Source of the DNA: Aeoliella straminimaris
GTDB taxonomy: Bacteria; Planctomycetota; Planctomycetia; Pirellulales; Lacipirellulaceae
Reading direction: 5' to 3'
DNA length: 24,000 bases
NCBI RefSeq assembly: GCF_024054565.1
Contig: NZ_JAMXLR010000095.1
Coordinates: 165,966 to 189,965, forward strand
Positions 11,277-15,219 of the stretch are shown piece after piece (the stretch's first letter is position 1; the number at the start of each line of letters is the position of its first letter). The notes beneath the pieces are model-generated. The model saw nothing but the letters and a program-made list of their open reading frames with translations, was not told where the DNA came from and made no database searches. Position numbers and translations under genes: made by a program.

Positions 11277-11406
11277 GATCGACGAGGGGGCGACCAGAGA
11301 TATTTCTCATTGCTCTACCAACTGAGCTACATCGACGCCTGGCGCCGACGACGGGGATCGAACCCGTGACTCATGAGTTAACATGTACTCTAATCTGCAG
11401 TCGATC
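11277..11406 (-). ncRNA. Y-RNA-like module 3 with a circularly permuted tRNA-like domain (YrlA-type architecture)
   Basis: Three-segment closing stem: GAUCGAC (11406-11400) / GUCGAUC (11283-11277), UAGAG/CUCUG, and CUCAU/AUGAG. The distal domain is T-arm ACGGG-UUCGAUC-CCCGU, a closed acceptor-like hairpin CGUCGGCG..CGUCGAUG (8-9 bp), then U-A in the tRNA position 8-9 register, then D-arm GCUC-AGUUGGUA-GAGC. Confidence 0.7.
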
Positions 11407-11423
11407 GTAGGTTTGTGTTGAGT

Positions 11424-11585
11424 CCGACGAAGTGGTGGCGAGAGTTGCGTTTACGATCGTCCGTGCCCCCGTATGGAGGTCGTTGACTGGCCCCTTTGTC
11501 TCGGAGAGACTTTGGCGCCGTTCACTAGTCCGTCGCCCGACATCGCTACCTTAGGACCGTCATGTACTCCCAACCGTCAGTCGGG
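11424..11585 (-). ncRNA. Y-RNA-like module 2 (family closing stem, degenerate distal domain)
   Basis: 5' strand CCCGAC-UG-ACGGUUG-GGAG-UACAU (from 11585); 3' strand CUCUC-N11-GUCGG (to 11424). The interior holds an acceptor-hairpin-like GGCGCC-AAA-GUCUC-UCC-GAGAC-AAA-GGGGCC but no clean T or D arms. Confidence 0.5.
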
Positions 11586-11595
11586 CTATGTCAAA

Positions 11596-11669
11596 GACCA
11601 GCCAACGAAGATTTGGTTCGGATAAGGTCATCATTTCAGGATGTAGTCCGAACCGGCAGTTGACTGGTC
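11596..11669 (-). ncRNA. Y-RNA-like module 1 (minimal, stem-loop only)
   Basis: Self-contained hairpin. GACCAGUCAAC (11669-11659) pairs over 11 bp with GUUGGCUGGUC (11606-11596), and an inner helix GGUUCGGA/UCCGAACC follows. It carries the family motifs UG...GGAC-UACAU and CUUC-GUUG. It starts 2 nt after the tRNA-Cys discriminator. Confidence 0.6.
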
Positions 11670-11671
11670 AA

Positions 11672-11743
11672 AGACGCCGGTGGGAATCGAACCCACGAAA
11701 AACTGCTTTGCAGACAGCCGCCCGACCATCAGGCTTCAGCGTC
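11672..11743 (-). tRNA. tRNA-Cys(GCA), divergent (A8 instead of U8)
   Basis: Hand-folded cloverleaf, 72 nt. Acceptor GACGCUG/CGGCGUC. D-arm GCCU-GAUGGUC-GGGC. Anticodon arm GCUGU-CUGCAAA-GCAGU. Variable loop UUUUC. T-arm GUGGG-UUCGAUU-CCCAC. U73 discriminator, which is the Cys identity element. No encoded CCA. Confidence 0.7.
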
Positions 11744-11748
11744 TTGGC

Positions 11749-11848
11749 GAATGCGGAAGTGGGAATTCGGAATGCGGAATCTAACGCAAGCGAGCGTTAA
11801 GTATCGCCTGCGGGTGATTCCGCCTTCCGCATTCCGAACTCCGCATTC
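11749..11848 (-). other. about 100-nt branched inverted-repeat spacer between tRNA-Arg(GCG) and tRNA-Cys
   Basis: Outer 9 bp GAAUGCGGA/UCCGCAUUC. Inner 11 bp GGAAUGCGGAA/UUCCGCAUUCC. Apical hairpins GCGG-AAUCAC-CCGC and UAACGC-UCGCUU-GCGUUA. Built from repeated GAATGCGGAA units. Confidence 0.6.
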
Positions 11849-11852
11849 AGAG

Positions 11853-11924
11853 CAGCCCGTCCAGGAATCGAACCTGGCCTTCGACCTTCGCACGGTCGCG
11901 TGCAATCCTCTACACTCACAGGCT
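11853..11924 (-). tRNA. tRNA-Arg(GCG), divergent (G8 instead of U8)
   Basis: 72-nt cloverleaf. Acceptor AGCCUGU/ACGGGCU (7 bp). D-arm GUGU-AGAGGAUU-GCAC. Anticodon arm CGACC-GUGCGAA-GGUCG. Variable loop AAGG. T-arm CCAGG-UUCGAUU-CCUGG. Discriminator G. Confidence 0.7.
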
Positions 11925-11927
11925 ATA

Positions 11928-11995
11928 GGAGTATTCGGGGATCAGGATTCAGGGAAAGAAGGACGCGCGTCCTCCCCCTGATCCCTCACCCCTCC
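11928..11995 (-). other. about 68-nt structured hairpin spacer
   Basis: GGAG/CUCC plus a perfect 9 bp GGGAUCAGG/CCUGAUCCC enclose AGGAC-GCGC-GUCCU and GGG/CCC pairings. It lies between the Arg(UCG)-like element and tRNA-Arg(GCG). Confidence 0.55.
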
Positions 11996-12001
11996 ACAAA
12001 G

Positions 12002-12071
12002 TACCTCGCCAGGGAATCGAACCTCGTCTTGCAGATTCGAAGTCTGCGATGCTATCCAGCACACCCACACG
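12002..12071 (-). pseudogene. tRNA-Arg(UCG)-like element, probably decayed
   Basis: Perfect anticodon arm GCAGA-CUUCGAA-UCUGC and a UUCGAUU T-loop. However, the T-stem has an A.C mismatch, the D-arm is truncated (GUGC-UGGAUA-GCAU), and I could not pair the acceptor strands. Confidence 0.35.
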
Positions 12072-12079
12072 GCGTGTAA

Positions 12080-12168
12080 TATTTCGACCTGGAATCGAAC
12101 CAGGACTTGGACTTTAGGAGAGTCCTGTGCGATCCGCCCCGTTTCCAATAAACACTGTCCATCGAGAT
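12080..12168 (-). pseudogene. tRNA-Arg(CCU)-like element with an expanded D region
   Basis: Perfect T-arm CCUGG-UUCGAUU-CCAGG and anticodon arm GGACU-CUCCUAA-AGUCC. The acceptor ATCTCGA/TCGAAAT pairs 6 of 7. The D stem GUGU/GCAC would enclose a 21-nt loop. Total 89 nt. Confidence 0.4.
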
Positions 12169-12389
12169 TTGAGGCCGATCCTCGTGCGCCGGGAGACTTG
12201 CACTAGCATCACCCGGCCACCTGTAGTGACTTCGCTTGAACAACAAAGGTTCATTAAAGGTGATGCGAGCATCACTGCCGCTTCTGAGAATATGCTTGAC
12301 ACTTTACCAGCCGGAATCGAAAATGCGGGCATTCAACAATCATTACGCTGTTACTCATCTCGGTCAGCATACTACTTGGAGCCGAGCTA

Positions 12390-13694
12390 ATGACGCTGAG
12401 CAAAAAACTGACTTACCGGTTAAATCCGTTGCACCTAAAACGCTTGGTTCGAGTTGCAGTACTTGTTGCGTTCTATTTGCATTTTAGTTCTAAGGATTTT
12501 GTCTTAGGGATGTCGCCTGAATCCGCATTGGCTACTGTGGAACTGGTGGCAGATTTCGATACTCAGATTCCAGAAAAGCTGTCTAATTTTTCGAGCCTAG
12601 GTCAACGAGCCGCTATCAGCGAATCATCGGTATTCTTCACCGGCAATAACGGGCTCTACAAGGCCGATGGCGACTCACTTGTTCGGATCGTCGATAACAG
12701 CACGCCAATTCCAGGTAAATCATCGAACTTTGTAGGAGTGTCAAACGAGACTTTATTAGTGGATGATGGTGACGTGGCCTTTGATGGCACAGAAATCTTC
12801 GGATTTCGAAACGGCATCTATGTTTATAGCTCGTCCACAGACAGTATCACGTTCATAGCTGACGAAGACTCGGCGGTGCCAAATGGTACTGGGAGCTTTG
12901 CCGGCTTTCGCGCGCCTTCTATCAACAATGGAAATGTCGCCTTCTTTGGGTTCAGTGACCCGTCGTCCCAGAATGGCATATACACCACGCTGGGGGGACA
13001 ACTCCGCGTTGTTGCAGACACCAATACTATTATCCCTGGCGGCTCCGGACCGTTCAGTGATCTACTCGGATTCCCCGTCATTGAAGGCGATAGCATCACA
13101 TTTGTAGGAAGACGCTTCAATGAAAGCCAGGGAATCTACAGAGAGTCAGGTGGCACACTGTCTACTCTCTATGATCTGACCACTTCCATCCCAGGTGGTT
13201 CGGGAAGTTTTACAAGTTTCCGAAACAATGAGTTGAATGTCGAAGGCGGTTCTTTGGCCTTTATGGGCGGTGGAGCAGGCGGATACTTTGGAGTCTTTAA
13301 GGATGTGGGAGACGGTCTTACTCTAGTCGCCGACTCGAGTACGCAGGCTCCCGGTGGGACAAATACCTTCCTCGCTATTAGCAACGTTTCATTGGACGGC
13401 GAAAATGTTGCCTTTATTGGGAGCGATGGTGGTACTCGTGGAATCTATACAGATGCTCTCGGCCAATTAACAAAGATTCTAGATACGTCGGATATCATTG
13501 ATGGTCGACAGCCCAGCGAATTTCACATTGGCCGGGACTCCTTGGTTGGGAATCAGTTGGCATTTCGGGTGCGTTTTACTGACAACACTGAGAGCATCTA
13601 TGTCGCAACTCTTGTTCCTGAACCATCTACCCTGGTCGCATTCCTATTGGCCACGGCGTGTTTAGTTATGTGCCGAAATTCCTTTAGGCATTAG
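12390..13694 (+). CDS. PEP-CTERM-anchored repeat protein (about 7 repeats of a roughly 50-aa GIY...AD..T.IPGG.G.F...G..VAF.G unit)
   Basis: 434-aa ORF. C-terminal VPEPSTLVAFLLATACLVMCRNSFRH is a PEP motif followed by a TM helix and a basic tail. The N-terminus is hydrophobic. The sequence is visibly more AT-rich than its flanks. The start codon is uncertain (alternative Met41). Confidence 0.85.
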   Translation: MTLSKKLTYRLNPLHLKRLVRVAVLVAFYLHFSSKDFVLGMSPESALATVELVADFDTQIPEKLSNFSSLGQRAAISESSVFFTGNNGLYKADGDSLVRIVDNSTPIPGKSSNFVGVSNETLLVDDGDVAFDGTEIFGFRNGIYVYSSSTDSITFIADEDSAVPNGTGSFAGFRAPSINNGNVAFFGFSDPSSQNGIYTTLGGQLRVVADTNTIIPGGSGPFSDLLGFPVIEGDSITFVGRRFNESQGIYRESGGTLSTLYDLTTSIPGGSGSFTSFRNNELNVEGGSLAFMGGGAGGYFGVFKDVGDGLTLVADSSTQAPGGTNTFLAISNVSLDGENVAFIGSDGGTRGIYTDALGQLTKILDTSDIIDGRQPSEFHIGRDSLVGNQLAFRVRFTDNTESIYVATLVPEPSTLVAFLLATACLVMCRNSFRH

Positions 13695-13717
13695 CATGCT
13701 TCGAAATGGGGTCATAG

Positions 13718-13787
13718 CACGAGCGCAAGGATTCGAACCCTGTCCGTCAGTTTTGGAGGCTGACTGCTCTCCCAGGAGCACACTCGC
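13718..13787 (-). tRNA. tRNA-Trp(CCA), short and divergent
   Basis: 70 nt. Acceptor GCGAGUG/CGCUCGU. Compact D region UGCUCCUGGGAGAGCAG. Anticodon arm UCAGC-CUCCAAA-ACUGA with a C31.A39 mismatch (alternatively a 5-bp stem with a 9-nt loop). T-arm CAGGG-UUCGAAU-CCUUG. G73 as in bacterial tRNA-Trp. Confidence 0.6.
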
Positions 13788-13793
13788 ATAATA

Positions 13794-13869
13794 GGTGACC
13801 GAGCGGAATCGAACCGCCGTCGTACGGAATCACAGTCCGTCTCCGGAAACCAGCACCGGACCCGGCCAC
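13794..13869 (-). tRNA. tRNA-His(GUG), divergent (5-bp D stem, G8, no encoded G-1 in the main register)
   Basis: 76 nt. Acceptor GUGGCCG/CGGUCAC. D-arm UCCGG-UGCUGGUUU-CCGGA. Anticodon arm ACGGA-CUGUGAU-UCCGU. T-arm GGCGG-UUCGAUU-CCGCU. C73 discriminator. Confidence 0.65.
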
Positions 13870-13871
13870 AG

Positions 13872-13961
13872 CGGAAGGCGTGGGATTCGAACCCACATGC
13901 CGCCTTCTGAGCGACTTCGCATTAGCAGTGCGACCCGGCAAGCCGTATCCGGCTACCTTCC
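13872..13961 (-). tRNA. tRNA-Ser(GCU), class II with a long variable arm (A8)
   Basis: 90 nt. Acceptor GGAAGGU/GCCUUCC. D-arm CCGG-AUACGGCUUG-CCGG. Anticodon arm UCGCA-CUGCUAA-UGCGA. 20-nt variable arm (GUCGC...GCGGC). T-arm GUGGG-UUCGAAU-CCCAC. G73. It starts 2 nt upstream of tRNA-His. Confidence 0.75.
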
Positions 13962-13972
13962 GTATTTTTCAG

Positions 13973-14043
13973 TGGACCCACCGAGAATCGAACTCGGATC
14001 TCCGACCAGCCAAGCCAGCGTCGTCCCGTTGGACCATGAGCCC
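13973..14043 (-). tRNA. tRNA-Ala(GGC), divergent
   Basis: 71 nt. Acceptor GGGCUCA/UGGGUCC with the G3.U70 Ala identity pair, and A73. D-arm UG-GUCCAACGGGACGAC. Anticodon arm CUGGC-UUGGCUG-GUCGG (two G.U pairs, U37). T-arm CCGAG-UUCGAUU-CUCGG. Confidence 0.7.
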
Positions 14044-14053
14044 TCGTGTTGAG

Positions 14054-14124
14054 TGGAGCGTCGGGGAATCGAACCCCGATTGCCTGGGTGCAAACCAAGC
14101 GTCTTCCCGTTGGACCAACGCCCC
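14054..14124 (-). tRNA. tRNA-Ala(UGC), divergent
   Basis: 71 nt. Acceptor GGGGCGU/ACGCUCC with G3.U70, and A73. D-arm UG-GUCCAACGGGAAGAC. Anticodon arm CUUGG-UUUGCAC-CCAGG. T-arm CGGGG-UUCGAUU-CCCCG. Confidence 0.8.
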
Positions 14125-14139
14125 GTCGCCTTCTATTAG

Positions 14140-14265
14140 AGGTCCGTCCGGGAATTGAACCCGAGCAGTATTTGTTCTTGCTACCGCCTTCGCCCTTCAT
14201 CTTCGCTATCGCTCGGCGGGCTCAGTTGCTACCAAGAACGTGTGCCGCCAAAACACTTACAGACC
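14140..14265 (-). ncRNA. tRNA-like RNA with about 54 extra nt replacing the anticodon loop
   Basis: Acceptor GGUCUGU/ACGGACC (7 bp). D-arm GUGU-UUUGGCG-GCAC. T-arm UCGGG-UUCAAUU-CCCGG. The 76-nt middle forms a 7-bp stem GUUCUUG/CAAGAAC plus CCGCC/GGCGG, capped by a purine-rich 26-nt loop. No 7-nt anticodon loop was found. Confidence 0.55.
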
Positions 14266-14271
14266 AAGCTT

Positions 14272-14345
14272 GGCTATCAGCTGTTAGCTATTGACTATAA
14301 GCCAGAATCGTCTGGCCCACAGCTTATAGCCAACAGCCGATAGCC
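14272..14345 (-). other. 74-nt hairpin spacer with a 20-bp stem
   Basis: Arms at 14272-14291 and 14326-14345 pair over 20 bp. The two non-Watson-Crick positions are G.U on the minus-strand RNA but A.C on the plus strand. Apical CCAGA-CGAU-UCUGG hairpin. It sits between tRNA-Val and the insertion-bearing tRNA-like RNA. Confidence 0.6.
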
Positions 14346-14352
14346 CAACCAA

Positions 14353-14425
14353 TGATCCCGGATGGAGTCGAACCATCGCTCTCCTGGTTGTCATCCAGGC
14401 GTCGTAACCGTTGGACCACGGGATC
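14353..14425 (-). tRNA. tRNA-Val(GAC), divergent D-arm
   Basis: 73 nt. Acceptor GAUCCCG/CGGGAUC (perfect). U8. D-arm GUCCAACGGUUACGAC. Anticodon arm CCUGG-AUGACAA-CCAGG. Variable loop AGAGC. T-arm GAUGG-UUCGACU-CCAUC. A73. Confidence 0.8.
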
Positions 14426-14460
14426 GTGGCGTGCTCCGACTAGGCTGGTAGTGGCCACAG

Positions 14461-14520
14461 AAAAAGGTCCACTGTCGCTGCTGACACCGGGCCTTTTTCC
14501 GATGAGCTCTGTGGCTCATC
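14461..14520. other. two adjacent hairpins at the upstream edge of the tRNA array (terminator-like / insulator)
   Basis: 14461-14498: AAAAAGGTCC...GGGCCTTTTT, a 10-bp stem with an inner TGTC/GACA helix and A/T runs on both sides. 14501-14520: GATGAGC-TCTGTG-GCTCATC, a perfect 7-bp stem. Confidence 0.45.
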
Positions 14521-14973
14521 TTCGAGTTAGACCAGGTGTCACCAACGCCTTGCCTCACCGGCGTACGCAGACCTCGAACGGCAACTTGCCCCGTGAGCAA
14601 ATGTAGTCGCATACCGTTTAACGGCCTGCGGCGATCGCCAATGCGACGCCGGTTCGATATTTGATCTTGTATGCAGCATTGAAGGTCCCTCCAACTGATC
14701 GATACCCCGAGGGCGAAGTTGATCGTGTCTCGCGGTCTCTCTGTAAGAGTGCCGAATCGTCAAATGGTTCGTGCAGAAATCAAAGCACTTGTGCAAAGAA
14801 GTCGGAAATCATTCGTTACCGCTCGGTGGAGAGGCAGTCTCCCGAAGTTTGGTCCGCAGTAGACCGGCGGACGGACATGGAGACTATTCCTCCAAAAGTA
14901 GTATCGCCTCTGGAGCTCACCACACTTTGGGTAACACCCCAGCGGAGGCGGGGTCGTCAGCCGTTCCGAAAAC

Positions 14974-15004
14974 GAAAAAAGCTCCTCGAATTCGAGGAGC
15001 TTTT
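14974..15004 (-). terminator. rho-independent terminator downstream of tRNA-Lys
   Basis: GCTCCTCG-AATT-CGAGGAGC (14981-15000) is followed on the minus strand by UUUUUU (plus-strand A-run 14975-14980). It lies 4 nt after the tRNA-Lys 3' end. Confidence 0.85.
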
Positions 15005-15008
15005 GCAG

Positions 15009-15081
<73 letters not shown>

Positions 15082-15219
15082 TTAGAAGCGACTGGCGCGG
15101 CTAAGAGAGTGTTGCAGTGTTGCCAATGGTTGGAGACTCGGTTGTCCGCGTTGCAACCTCTTGGCTGGTATCATTTTAGCGTCAAAACTCGGACGCAAAA
15201 GCCCCACAAAGGTTCGGCA

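Noticed and set aside
11190-11340. Reading this interval as one linear tRNA (acceptor GGCGUCG/CGGCGCC) with a roughly 95-nt intron or insert.
   Set aside because: The acceptor strands do pair. However, this register leaves 5 nt instead of 2 between the acceptor and D stems. The perfect 7-bp and 6-bp long-range helices (GAUCGAC/GUCGAUC, CCCGAC/GUCGGG) connect across unit boundaries. The self-contained module 1 fixes the 5'-strand-then-3'-strand order. The permuted Y-like reading is therefore preferred, though end-mapping is needed.
11596-11606. The octamer GGCUGGUC, identical to the 5' end of vertebrate Y RNAs, occurs in module 1 and again in the tRNA-Ala(GGC) anticodon arm (about 14003-14010).
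   Set aside because: In module 1 it is on the 3' strand of the helix (strand-swapped relative to metazoan Y RNAs), it is only 8 nt long, and the second occurrence is inside a tRNA. It is treated as coincidence, not as evidence of homology.
12311-12329. A T-loop-like CCGGAATCGAAAATGCGGG (minus strand: ..CCCGCAUUUUCGAUUCCGG..) as a further tRNA at the upstream end of block 1.
   Set aside because: The T stem does not pair, and no acceptor, D or anticodon arms could be found around it. It is probably a remnant.
10992-12487. Small ORFs from the six-frame track across the RNA array (10992-11273+, 11031-11246-, 11588-11800+, 11751-11981+, 11942-12148-, 12052-12332-, 12127-12487+).
   Set aside because: They run straight through tRNA cloverleaves, T-loop repeats and long hairpins. 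They have no RBS and low-complexity or odd composition. The RNA structures explain the sequence better.
11000-14450. Regularly recurring GGAATCGAACC-type repeats looked superficially like a CRISPR array or a satellite.
   Set aside because: The repeats are reverse complements of tRNA T-arms (GGUUCGAUUCC). Their spacing matches tRNA lengths, and the flanks fold into cloverleaves. There are no cas genes and no constant repeat length.
13747-14796. Small ORFs over the second tRNA block and the upstream gap (13747-13941-, 13795-14052+, 13880-14158+, 13922-14200-, 14046-14343+, 14352-14606+, 14391-14796-).
   Set aside because: Same reason as above. They overlap hand-folded tRNAs on the opposite or same strand and have no translation signals.
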